A DNA stretch of 64,000 bases, taken from contig OZ024747.1 in NCBI GenBank assembly GCA_964016885.1, positions 20,770,001 to 20,834,000 on the forward strand. The letters run 5' to 3'. The notes beneath the pieces are model-generated. The model was not told the DNA's origin. It saw only the letters and a program-made list of their open reading frames with translations, and made no database searches. The stretch's first letter is position 1. Every line of letters starts with the position of its first letter. Below, piece by piece: positions 45,433-60,011 of the stretch. This DNA comes from Eledone cirrhosa. Taxonomy: Eukaryota. The translations under genes were made by a program, and so were the position numbers.

Positions 45433-45744
45433 AAAAACTGATTAAAAGGTAACATTCCCGAGGCAAATTTGGGTGGCTGGGAGTGGACTAAAAACAGTAT
45501 ATATATATATATATCAAATATATATCAAATGAAGCAACGGAGTAAAGGATTCGCGTTAAACACCTTCTTTTCGTGTATTCTCTCGTATATATATTCAACC
45601 TGTTAATTCTTTCGTTACTTTGGTATTGTGTGTTAGATTTTGCCTACCACAATATTCAATTTGTCAAGCTATTTAAACGTATGTTATTACTCTAAGGACC
45701 TACTTTGTCGAGTGCTTTGCTAACTCATTCATATAGTAGGTCGA

Positions 45745-45787
45745 ATTTTCTTGCACACTGCCAAAGATTCGATTTTACGAAGCCTCC

Positions 45788-45847
<60 letters not shown>

Positions 45848-45885
45848 GGAGGCTTCGTAAAATCGAATCTTTGGCAGTGTGCAAG

Positions 45886-45890
<5 letters not shown>
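45745..45890. repeat. 146-bp perfect palindrome centred on (TA)27
   Basis: attttcttgcacactg...cctccaat (TA)n attggagg...cagtgtgcaagaaaat. Confidence 0.9.
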
Positions 45891-45943
<53 letters not shown>

Positions 45944-46056
45944 TTTACACATACACCAATTAAACAAAGTCACAGGTATATATGTGTTTTGGCAATTATT
46001 CACGATGTGGCTCAATGAAGAATTAATAAATGAAATAATCAGAGCAAAATACTATT

Positions 46057-46773
46057 GAGCAAAGCATGTCCAGAGAATTATTTGATAATATATATACATC
46101 ATTTCTACTCCCAATCAGCATAATTAACCACACAAAAAATCAATTAGGCCAGGCTATAAGAATAGAAGGCACCTATGAAGAAACAGTAAATAAATACGCC
46201 ACAGCAGCGTCTTTGCGGTCAACCGCTATAGAATATTTACCCAACATTTCAACAGCACGTAGAAATTAATTAAATATACGGTCAACAATACATAATTAGG
46301 TAAAAATTAAAGTTTGAAATGCTTATATACATACCAGGATTAAATCACTAAATCCATTTTGAATTCGTGTTTGGCGGGGGCCACTTCAGAAATTAATCTG
46401 TCCTAGCGAGTTTGTCCCCTGAAGAGCTCTAAACTCGAGATTTATCCTTACTAAGATATCTCAAAATGTGATCGAAACCCATGGGTCGGGATTTAGTGAT
46501 TTAATTTTGGTATGTATATAATAATTTTTACCTAATTATGTATGGTTGACCGTATATTTAATTAATTTCCACGTGCTGTTGAAATGTTGGGTAAATATTC
46601 TACAGCGGTTGACCGCGAAGACGCTGCTGTGGCGTATTTATTTACTGTTTCTTCATAGGTGCCTTCTATTCTTATAGCCTGGTCTAATTGATTTTTTCTG
46701 TGGTTAATTATGCTGATTGGGAGTAGAAATTATGTATATATATTATAAAATAATTCTCTGGACATGCTTTGCT

Positions 46774-46774
<1 letters not shown>
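46057..46774 (+). mobile_element. Fold-back element with a hammerhead in the spacer
   Basis: Inverted arms 46057-46355 and 46489-46774; right end abuts (TA)n. Confidence 0.75.
46414..46492 (+). ncRNA. Type-I hammerhead in the spacer of a 300-bp inverted repeat
   Basis: guccc CUGAAGA gcuc...gauc GAAA cccauggg UC gggau. Palindromic stem III, GUC cleavage triplet, extended stem II with one mismatch. Confidence 0.75.
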
Positions 46775-46856
<82 letters not shown>

Positions 46857-47097
46857 GTAGAATAATCGAGTATCGAAAAATCGGCGCACAAGTTCACGAT
46901 AAACAAAATTCGAAATGGGCGGCAGAGGGCTCAATAATTCAGATAAATCAGAGCTATAACTATCGTTAAAATACCGTAACACATAGAACAAGTCTATAAT
47001 CAACCATACGACCGAAAAATTGCGATCTGGAAGATTCGGGACACTCAGATAAAAAATCAATAAATCAATAAATCAAATGAATATATATATATATATA

Positions 47098-47290
47098 AGA
47101 AGTGTGGCAAGGTACCAGGTGGACCATAACGCATCAGAGTACTCGATACTTTGGGTAGTAGAGTGGGTAATAGGAGAAGAGTCTGGACCCTGGCGGCTGA
47201 GCTCCGGCCATTTCGACAGCTAATTCTGTTCAGAACCAGCTGTCGAAACGGCCGGAGCTCAGCCGTCGGGGTCCTGACTCTTTTCTTATA
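47098..47290. mobile_element. Fold-back element in (TA)n, related to 36341-36479
   Basis: Arms 47170-47221 and 47238-47289. The left part matches 36352-36423 (gtggaccataac...gtagtagagtgggtaatagga). Confidence 0.7.
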
Positions 47291-47299
47291 TAAATTTAG

Positions 47300-47330
<31 letters not shown>

Positions 47331-47730
47331 TATCCCTATGTAGATGACGGACGAGATAATAGAAGAGTGCTAATTACCGAAGAATAGCTAAAATAGTCAT
47401 TTATTATGGGTATATAGTTAGTCTTATTTCTCTGGAGTTTTACCTGAGCAATCGCAGGATCATCAGACATTGTGGGTATACGTGTTTAATATAAATTTTA
47501 AGACGTGTTTAATATAAATTTTAAGACTTTCTCTGAGAAGATGCGTTGAAGATTATAGGCCAGCGTTGGGTAATGGATTATATAATAACGCAGATGTCAT
47601 AGGCCAGCATTGTAACGAAACACTTGGCAGATTCACCAATTTTAAATAAATGAATTAATGAACATCACCAAATTTTCCTTAATATCTTTCTATTATTATG
47701 TTTATATATATATATATATATATATTTGAA

Positions 47731-47778
<48 letters not shown>

Positions 47779-47780
47779 TT

Positions 47781-47816
<36 letters not shown>

Positions 47817-48038
47817 TATGTTTATGTGTGTATAAATATATATATATACACAGACACATATATGTATATGTGTATGAGGTCATTATGTGAATACTCAGAC
47901 ATATCCACCCCCTCCTCCATGTGAAGCAATACAAATTATATGCATACATATATATAAACATGTGTGTGTGTGTGTGATTATGTGTGCGTATGTGTGTCTG
48001 TGTCTCTTTGTTGACCTGTATCTGCGTGTTAGTATGTG

Positions 48039-48093
<55 letters not shown>

Positions 48094-48224
48094 TGTGTGT
48101 GTGTAACATTAATTTCAATAATTATTCAATGGCCAAGTTTATATACAATTGGAAAGGAAAGATGCGCTTCCCTACGCAGACGTATAGATAGATCGGTAGA
48201 TAGTTAGATCGGTAGATAGATCAT

Positions 48225-48317
<93 letters not shown>

Positions 48318-48318
<1 letters not shown>

Positions 48319-48605
48319 TGTTTCTTTTATTTGCCACCAGGGCATCAAAAGTGGGACAAGTACAGTGGGGGGAGTTTACAAAACAAGGCGTCCTCAATAA
48401 GGAGGAGCCAATAACAATATATAAAAATAAAATAAAATATAACAAAAAATAAAATTTATAACAAAGTCCTCATTAGGACTTGGGGGGTCGCACACACCCC
48501 CGAAAAAAAGTGTGCAACCCTTTTCCTCGGGAGCACAGAGAAGGGGTGCTCCCTTTGTCTTTCATCTGCCTCACCTATAGTCTGATGTAGAGTGAAGGCC
48601 CATTC
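48318..48605 (-). mobile_element. Second Tx1/L1-like 3' end flanked by (GATA)n on both sides
   Basis: NGPSLYIRL* and the same terminus gtggcaaataaaagaaac. Confidence 0.6.
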
Positions 48606-48649
<44 letters not shown>

Positions 48650-48655
<6 letters not shown>

Positions 48656-49082
48656 GAAATATATTTCTTTATTTGCCACAAGGGCGCACAAGAAAAGGGG
48701 ACAGTACAAGGACACATGCCGAAGATTTTACATACAGTCGTGTAAAAATATTATTAAAACAAACAAATTTAACAATCGAAATCCCCAATAGGAGGAGGGG
48801 GGTCGTTACAAATGGGTTGTTTAATACCCCGTCGATAGAACAACCCTCAACTTCAAGAACGTGTTGTGCAAGTGCTCCTTTCTTCCTTTTGCTCTCTTCT
48901 TCAACCTATAGGTTTATATACAGAGAGGGTCCAATAACTCGGGCCATTTTTGCTACATTCACCCACCTTTCAGTAAATTTACTGGGGGTTCAGTGCCTCT
49001 CTCTCCACTCTGATTCTCCTTCTAAAGTGATACTTAAAGAAGGGAATCAATTGTTGTCCGGAGAGAAAGGCATCTGTCCTCA
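48650..49082 (-). mobile_element. Tx1/L1-like LINE 3' end terminating in (ATCT)n
   Basis: LIPFFKYHFRRRIRVEREALNPSKFTERWVNVAKMARVIGPSLYINL* (stop at 48906); the 3' UTR ends gtggcaaataaagaaat. Confidence 0.65.
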
Positions 49083-49112
49083 GTCTTCTCACACAAACAC
49101 ACACACACACAT

Positions 49113-49180
<68 letters not shown>

Positions 49181-49185
<5 letters not shown>

Positions 49186-49826
49186 AATATATCAACTAAC
49201 ATAGGCGCACAGATGCACGTCCATGCCAGCAAATACACAGGTTATGTCATAGTACCTAGGTGGTTCAATGCAGGAGGGTGCAGAACAATAATATAAAAGA
49301 CGTAAAATAAGAAAATATTTTTTAAAAAATTTTAAAAAATTTTTTTACTTACTTACTTAAATTTTCACTCCAACTAATTAGTTTCTGCAATGGGATAAAG
49401 ACAGTTACGTAATCCAACTGTCGAGAATTCATTGCGTCATCAGGGAGTCTATTCTCAGCTGAGTCTCCAGGCAATGCGCGGACACTGGCGGCTCATATAA
49501 AAATAATAATAATTCGGTAGAAAGAACAGCTGGCGAGGACTGGATTCTATGTACTGAAATTCTCACTGCTTCTAGTCAAATGGCCGATTCTAAAGAATCA
49601 ATCACGTGACACAGAGGCTAGTTAGAAGGAATGGGATGGTAAGATGACTGACGCCTACTAACACCCCCAAAAAATTTAGAAGTGGTTTTGGCAGGTTTGC
49701 TCGACAAATCAGTGATTTGGAGATAAATATAGATAATTTAATATATCAACTAACATAGGCGCACAGATGCACGTCCATGCCAGCAAATACACAGGTTATG
49801 TCATAGTACCTAGGTGGTTCAATGCA
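49181..49826 (-). mobile_element. Non-coding hammerhead-bearing element with terminal direct repeats (retrozyme-like or non-autonomous PLE)
   Basis: A 92-bp direct repeat at 49181-49272 and 49735-49826 (offset 554), one hammerhead inside, 3' end abutting (TA)n. Confidence 0.7.
49367..49448 (-). ncRNA. Type-I hammerhead with extended stem II
   Basis: acucc CUGAUGA c gcaaug..gacaguu..aacuguc..cauugc a GAAA cuaauuag UU ggagu. Perfect stem I, palindromic stem III. Confidence 0.8.
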
Positions 49827-49827
49827 A

Positions 49828-50019
49828 ATCGTATAATTCGCAGTGGTTCAGCATATAGTCAAGCTATAAACGGTATCCAGTCGGTTCTTAATTAATATAT
49901 CATGCTGTCCAAATCATTCAGGCACTTCCGGAATTTGGACAGCATGATATATTAATTAAGAACCGACTGGATACCGTTTATAGCTTGACTATATGCTGAA
50001 CCACTGCGAATTATACGAT
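49828..50019. repeat. 87-bp inverted repeat with 18-bp spacer
   Basis: 49828-49914 versus 49933-50019. Confidence 0.9.
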
Positions 50020-50566
50020 AGACGCGTGTTCTCTATATATATATTGCGTCTCATGGATTATGTGAGTGGTGGTGTGAGCAAGGACAGTGGTACGACCTTG
50101 CCTACGATACAATAAGGTTTATAGTATGTTGAAGGTTTTTGATATTTTGGTGTTTCCCCGCATCCGAGACTGTATATCATACAGATGTATGAGAATTAAT
50201 GACTTAATAATTCAGCCTATATTATAAGATCGATTGCCTGCTTCAACTGCCTGACCCTGCAAATATCATTCTGACGCACTCTAATCATGTATAGATAAGA
50301 CAAGCGTGCATGCTACACGGGAGATTGCTTCATGCACTGTCTACTCTAAGCTTTCCTCTTGCTTTATCTTCATAGACTGCCAACGCTTCATGTTTATCTT
50401 TATTTTCACTCTTGCTTTTATTTTATTTTATTTTTATCATGTAACACTTTATATGTAAATTGCCATGCTGTTTCATTTGATGAATGTCACCCCACTGTTG
50501 ATCAATATGCGCATATGTTTTATGTGTCTCTTGGGTTGAAAAGGAGGTCAAGTATGTTATAAATAG

Positions 50567-50615
50567 TTGCTCCGAAGAATCCAAACCTCGGTTTGGAGGA
50601 AACAATTGTAAGCAA
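50567..50615 (+). ncRNA. Type-I hammerhead-like fold (U4C core variant)
   Basis: uugcu CCGAAGA a uccaaac-cucg-guuugga g GAAA caauug UA agcaa. All three stems pair. Confidence 0.7.
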
Positions 50616-51001
50616 ATAAATGACTTAAACTGAACTTTGATTACTGTAATCTCTATATAACTGCTCTGTATAATAACTGATGTTATTACATTGAGCTATT
50701 TAACTTACTGGTAATAGGATAGTAATTAAAGACTATCTCTCACTATTTAGGGTTTGTGTATATATAATATATTACCATCAAAGGTTTTATTGCATACATA
50801 GCCATAAATAGTACCCTTAATACTATATATATATGTATATATACAGCGAGAGAGAGGGGTGAGAGAGAGAGAGGGGGGGAGAAAGAGAAGGGAGAGAGAG
50901 AGATGTGTGTGTATGTAGGAGAAAGAATGTTAAACGTATGTAGACATTTACCGATATAACATCCATATATAGATGCATATATATATTGCTTTATATTACA
51001 T

Positions 51002-51064
<63 letters not shown>

Positions 51065-51393
51065 CACAAAAACATATAATTCGCACATTTATATACGTGT
51101 GTATGTGTGCGTTTGTGCGCGTTTGATTTTGTAGGTATGTATGTGTGGTGTGACTTTATGTGGGTGTATGAGGGTGCGTATGTGTGTGTGTAAGTGTGTG
51201 TAAGAGTGTGTAGGTGTGTGTGTCTGCGTGCGTGCATGTGTGATTGTGTGTGTTTGTGTGTTTGTATGTGTGTATGTGTGTGTATGTGTGTGTATGTGTG
51301 TGTGTGTGTGTAGGTGTGTGTTAGCAGGTCATAACTTTAAGTAAAATTGTCTGAATGGAAAACTAATTAGATTTTATCTCTTCTGCAATATCT

Positions 51394-53330
<1,937 letters not shown>

Positions 53331-53498
53331 ATGTGTGAATTCATATATATCTATGTATATGAATACGTGGTTGTGAGAGTGTGTATATGTCGTTTCATGT
53401 ACAAATTAGAGAGATACAGCAGAATGCTTGATGTGTAAATTCTATCCGCCGAGCCGAAAAGCACTGAACTTACAGATTGTTATACATGTATATACATT

Positions 53499-53536
<38 letters not shown>

Positions 53537-53548
53537 GGTGTGTGTGTG

Positions 53549-53604
<56 letters not shown>

Positions 53605-54186
53605 AGTGTGTGTGTGTGTATGTGTGTGTATGTGTGGGGGGGTCTCTCTGTGTGTGTGTCTCTGTGTGTGTATGTGTGTGTGTGTGTGTGTGTATGTGTG
53701 TGTGTATGTGTGTGTATGTGTGTGTGTGTGTGTGTGTCTGTGTCTGTGTGTATGTGTGTGTGTGTGTATGTGTGTGTATGTGTGTGCGTGTGTGTGCGTG
53801 TGTGTGTATGTGTGTGTGTGTGTGTGTGTGTGTACTTATCCCGGGTTCAATCGGGGATAACCACAGTAAGTAAGGTACTCAATATGTATTCATTTTCTTA
53901 TACTATTTTAAAGGGTCCGTCGAGCTGCCTATTATTGAGTCGGGTAAGATCGCTACAGATCGAACCTTGAGCTGATCAGTGGCGAAACGCGCGTCACCTA
54001 CCAATAAATGTAATGAAGGAGTAACCAACCAATCGCCCTTGTTATCCTTTCAATATATTACACTCTATATAACTCTACACATCAACACAGAAGTGAACCT
54101 AAACATCGAGTGCTCACCCGGGTGAACCTGCAGTAACTCCAAGTTACACTCCCTATATATATATAGAGATATATAGATACATATAC

Positions 54187-54231
<45 letters not shown>

Positions 54232-54423
54232 TTTGTGTGTGTTCGTGGGTTCGTTTGTAGGGACAAACTTTGACTTATATACGTGTAAAACATCTTCTGG
54301 GAAGGAATTATTGACTGTATATACTCAGTACAAAACAATAAATATCAATTTCGGTGAATAATTCTGAAAACAGTCTTCATCTTACATACAATTTCTTCAC
54401 ATCTCTCAGCCTACGCACGCACA

Positions 54424-54505
<82 letters not shown>

Positions 54506-54558
54506 AATATGTATATATACATATATATATGTATATATATATACATATCTATATATAA

Positions 54559-54589
<31 letters not shown>

Positions 54590-54608
54590 AACATATATAT
54601 ATATATAA

Positions 54609-54662
<54 letters not shown>

Positions 54663-54922
54663 TACAAAATATTGTTCACTCGGTACGATTCTCTTTTCAA
54701 GCAATATGAATTAATATTTTAGGTTTTAAAACTTCTGAAAATGTACGAAAGGAACACATATATTATCAGAAAATGAAACTAAATGTAAAGTTAATTTCGT
54801 AATAAATGGCAATAGAAATTCCTTCGGAGCGATATGTGATAAAAACTGTTCTGCGGCTATGAATGAAATCTTTCTATTAGAAGCACCTAATGGTGAGATT
54901 ACAAATAGATGAGAGAGTTATG

Positions 54923-54954
<32 letters not shown>

Positions 54955-55026
54955 AAGAAAAAAAGATGAAATCGAAAATGCAACTGGAGTCTTATTTTTA
55001 AAAAAAGTATATATATTTATTTGGTT

Positions 55027-55084
<58 letters not shown>

Positions 55085-55263
55085 GTGTGTGTGTGTGTGT
55101 GTGTGCGTGTGAGTCTGTGTGTGTGAGTGTATAATAATGATAACGTAAGGACGAATGGTAACTCCTTCATTACGTTTATTGGTTGGTGACTCGTGTTTCG
55201 CTACTGATCAGCTCAAGGTTCAATCTGTGTGGATCTAGCCCGACTCTGGAATGAAAAGCTCGT

Positions 55264-55370
<107 letters not shown>

Positions 55371-55433
55371 TGTGTACATGTGTGTGTGAGTATGAATGTG
55401 CGTGTCTGTGTGTATCTGTGCGTCTGTGTGTCT

Positions 55434-55805
55434 GTCATACCAGTTTTCAAAAAGGAGTACAGGATCTTTGGGGGGAACTACTATCCAATCTCACTCAGCT
55501 CTGATATTGTCAAGGTATTACGGGGGGGGGGGGTGATGAGATAACGAATAACTCCTTTCCTTGAAAGGAACAATCTGCTGAACTCCAGCCACCATGGGTT
55601 CCGCGATGGATGGTCTGGTCTGTCTGACGCCCTTTTTGCATTACTTTCATGACAACCTAAAAGCTTTGCGAGATGGCACCAATACGGATGTTATTTACCT
55701 TGATTTCAGCAAGGCCTTTGATAGGGTCGCCTACATCATCTTATTGAAGAAATGATCCAACACTCGAGTCTGTAGAAAGCCTCCGCTGTGGATTAAATGT
55801 TTCTC
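55434..55805 (+). pseudogene. CR1/L2-type LINE RT fragment
   Basis: VIPVFKK...NYYPISLSS, NLLNSSHHGFRDG, DVIYLDFSKAFDRV; contains frameshifts and a stop. Confidence 0.82.
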
Positions 55806-56455
55806 AGCATGCTGTAGTCGAAGTAATACAAAAATGTTCGGTAAAAGTCTGTTATTGGCTCGAAAACTGACATTCTATGTTATAATAAAAAGAAATGCCA
55901 AAGGTAAGAAACAAATACCGTTGACTTATGCTGTGACTGCTGCTACTACCGCATTAAAGGACAAATGAAAGCAAACTTAACGATTTAAAACTATTAAATT
56001 CAATTATAAAGGATATAATTTAGTTTTTTGGCCAAGGTTGATTTTATGGTTAGGGTTAGTGTTGCAAGTAATGAAAAAACAATTTTTGTTCATAATCATA
56101 CAATTTTAAAAAATACTAGCATGTAATAAAAATTCAACGATTTTTTTAATTTTATGTCAAATACTTTTTCGGTGCTATTTTACGTTCGCACTTGCAAAAA
56201 ATATAAGTTTAATGTTTAAAGGAAAGGTTAATTTTAAAGGATGTTAATATTCTTCAGAGGACAGTTTAATGAAAACGGGAGAATACTTTGTTTTTAAATA
56301 TTATTTTATATCTACTACTTTTTCTTCTATACTCATTTATTCCCGAGAGAATCGTAACAGCAGAGTTACGCCTTTCAGAGTGTTCTATCAGAAGTACGCG
56401 TTTCCAACGGCAAGATCCCCAAGCTATACCTACCAAGCTTATAGATGTTATTTAT

Positions 56456-57214
56456 ATGGTTGATTTCTTCGGACTAGGGAGAGGAAAGACTGTATTTATT
56501 TTATCTAATAATTCTTCAAACTTACAATTTTATATAGTTCTGATTAACAATTATTTGCTAAATTAATTCTTTCATTGAGCCACACCGTGAAAGGTATCTG
56601 TGACTATGTCTAAATATATACATATATCCCTATGAATTTAATATATACTCCCGTCAGGTAGAGTAACACTTTAGGAAGTATCTGGCTCGCTTTCTAGCAA
56701 CCAGCCTACTCGCCGCCTGGCAACCAATCACAGTCTTCTGCCTTGACCACTGGCCACGTGATGATTCTTAGCCACTTTTTAATTCAATTCTGGCGGGGAT
56801 CACGGTAGAAATGTTAGTCCAAACTCGGGGTGTCTCTTGATGAGCTCCAAGCCTCGTGGATAAATCCAGCATCGGGTATATCCGCAAAAAAGGAGCGAAA
56901 CTGCCGGCAGTCGGGACAAGAGGAATTTTAGTAAAGTTTATATGCATTTTTTCTTCCAACTTATATTTTAAACCTAACTCCGTTTAGTTGATTATTTGTC
57001 TAGTCAATTTCTACGGTCTAAAAGGAATGACTAGATAAATTTTATCTGGCTGTCCCTTGCGGAAAATAGTCTGTATCATTTGTCTATTATTTCTTCTTAG
57101 TTTCATTTTAAACTTATAGCCTCGTTTAAATGATTATTTATGGTTGATTTCTACGGACTAGGGAGAGGAAAGACTGTATATATTTTATCTAATAATTCTT
57201 CAAACTTACAATTT

Positions 57215-57220
<6 letters not shown>
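56456..57220 (+). mobile_element. Non-coding hammerhead-bearing element with terminal direct repeats (retrozyme-like or non-autonomous PLE)
   Basis: About 81-bp direct repeat at 56456-56536 and 57140-57220 (offset 684), hammerhead at 56831-56918, runs into a long (TA)n. Confidence 0.7.
56831..56918 (+). ncRNA. Type-I hammerhead (C3U in this copy)
   Basis: ugucuc UUGAUGA gcucc..guggaua..uauccgc..ggagc GAAA cugccggcag UC gggaca. 6-bp stem I, canonical G10.1-C11.1, palindromic stem III, GUC site. Confidence 0.78.
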
Positions 57221-57245
<25 letters not shown>

Positions 57246-57271
57246 AAATATATATACATATATATATATAC

Positions 57272-57401
<130 letters not shown>

Positions 57402-57782
57402 ACTGTTTCAACTTCCTGATGATTTCTCCCGAATGAAACAGTTCTAGTCCTGAAGAAGCCTTTTCTATATTAAATATATGTATATATATATATATATATA
57501 TACGTTACCTAAGTAAACTATACGTATGCCTTGTTCAGGCTTATGATACCTTAAACAATACTTGATTTCAGTATATTTCCGGGAAACCAATTTCAAACAA
57601 TTCTAGTAAAATTCTATTTGTTCTGGAATATTCATTCATTCAGAATTGCTGCGCAATGCGAGATCCTTTCGTTCGAAAGTTACATGATCTGTAACCTCCT
57701 GCTTCAAAAGACGTCTGCATTTGCAAAATTACACTTTACTAAGCGCAAATATATATATAAAGACATGCGTTAGTAGGCGAAA

Positions 57783-58913
57783 TCTATATATATAAAACTG
57801 AGGTTGTCTGTCTGTCTACTAAAACCTTCGGCACACATCTCCTCTTAAACGATACGTTCAAATTTCGGTGAAATTGCTACACTTATAGATGAAGGTCCGG
57901 CGGAACCATCGGTCAAATAAATTTTCAAATCGACCCACGCCAAGTGTAAAAATCGAATTTGTAATGTATTGATTTTTCAGTTCAAATGTATAAATAGAGA
58001 TGAGAGACGAGTTATTTCCCTTTTATGGCGTCATTTTATCTATTTATGTTACGTATAAACGACGCGGTGGACCGAGAAGAACAATTTCATGCAAAGAGAA
58101 GACGAAGTTTATGGTGTAAATGGAGTCGTTAGCCTAATATTCTATTTAAAATAACCGAATGATTTCCAGCCCCGGAGTTTAAGAATGATGTAAATAAAAT
58201 TGTATACGAAAATGACAGGTTATTAAAATAGTTGTTTCTACTTTTGGCACAAGGCCAGCAATTAAACAGTACATTACTGGTACTTTATTTTATCGACCCC
58301 GTAAGGATGAAAGGCAAAGTTAACCTCGACGGGATTTTAACTTTGCCTTAACATAGTAAAAATAAATAGTGAAGATTTAGGCCAGTACATACGTATGCAC
58401 CGACGAACATACACATACTTATACATACGCACACACAAATACATACACACACACACACACGTGCGCGTGCGCGCGTGTGTGTAAACCTTATGCATTTCTA
58501 CAGTATTTTCACCAAACTTAAGACATAGGTTACTCATGTACTCCGGATGGTCATGGACACTTTCATTTTTCCAGATATTGATTATAGGGCCTCCCGGCGG
58601 ATAACGCCCTTTAGCCACTTCCTTGGAGTCGACTGAAGCACTGCAGTGCAATGCAACAAAACGTCATAACTTCTGGAGTTCGCAACCGATTTTCACGAAA
58701 CTTGACACATGGGATACGTTTGTTCTACAGATGAATGTGAACTCTCAGAATTGGCACATATTGAGTAGGGGACCCCTGAGGGCAGGAACCCCCTTTTGGA
58801 AAAAGTCGATGAGTTTATAAAAGTATAGTTTTCGAAGCAGCACTGAAGTATTGACATAAATGGTATACATAACTGCTATTTAATACCCGAGCAACGCCGG
58901 GTACCTCTGCTAG
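57783..58913 (+). mobile_element. Non-autonomous Helitron-like element
   Basis: A|TC 5' end (tctatatatataaaac...gtctgtctgtc), 3' hairpin tacccg-agcaacgc-cgggta (58884-58903) then CTAG|T, no TSD; carries a SINE fragment. Confidence 0.8.
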
Positions 58914-59827
58914 TGTATGATAAAGTTGGATAACCACGACTGCAACAATGAGTTTTTAATTATACCCATTCTAAATCTGTAGGCATATAAACCTGCCAGA
59001 AAATATGAATTTCCCTGTAAATTGATAAAGACACCCGTTTTCTTTCAAACCATCCCATCAAAATGTTAGATTATACTGAAAATTTAAATATTTTCGTTTT
59101 GTCTTGCTTCATCCGAAAGTTAAGAGAGATTCAGCTAATACGTCAACTAGAAAAATGTGAATGCGGGTGGATGGACGGATCGGAGTTTGATCAGAATACT
59201 TACAACAATGCTATCACTACAATAAGCACTGGCGTTGCAGTTAAACTCGTCGTTTATTGTGTGTGTTCAAGAATACGTTTGTGTATTCTGCCAAAATCAC
59301 CGGCCAGTGCATTATATGAATTAGTCACAAGCCAACTGAAAATCTATACCTGGATTTTATGTTGGGGATTTCGATACTGCGAATCTAAAGGTTGTAGCAT
59401 GATATCTTCTTAAAGCGCATATATTTAACTTAATTTTTGAGGCGGTGTTCAATTATATAGTTACATATACAATAACAGTAATTAGACGGGATTAAGGAAT
59501 TGGTCTCGTGTTTACTCCCCCTCTAAACAGTAAAAACACACAGTATGGTACAGCGCACAGGTTATCACCTTGTTTCATACTAGTTAGCAATACGTTACAA
59601 ATAGATGCAACTTTATTCCATTGTAATGAGAAGTTTCTTAGCTATGTGTCTCTTGTGTTCAATATAATTACATCCAATTTGTTCTCATGTAATTACTTTT
59701 AGTCTGAAGTATTCATAAATATTAACCAATTAAGTTGTCTCGGATTTCTTCACATTTGCACAAGCTTAAAGATGTATGTCCTCTTATTTTATTCATTTAC
59801 CGATTCTATTCGTTTCGCTAAGATAAT

Positions 59828-60011
59828 TGTTTCTACCATTGGCACAAGGCCAGCAATTATCCCAGTATATTACTGGTACTTTATTTTATCGACCCCCGTA
59901 AGGATGAAAGGCAAAGTTAACCTCGGCGGGATTTGAACTCAGACCATAAAGGGCCGTAACTCTGCAAAGCATGGCGTCCGACCCTCTACCGATACTGCCA
60001 ATCCACCGCCC
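59828..60011 (-). mobile_element. Full-length SINE family A with TSD
   Basis: Reverse complement of the 39870 copy; TSD taagataat at 59819-59827 and 60012-60020. Confidence 0.9.

Noticed and set aside
47430-47470. Minus-strand CUGAUGA u ccug..cagg u AAAA
   Set aside because: GAAA is mutated and stems I and III are not recoverable; used only as weak support for the U.U pattern.
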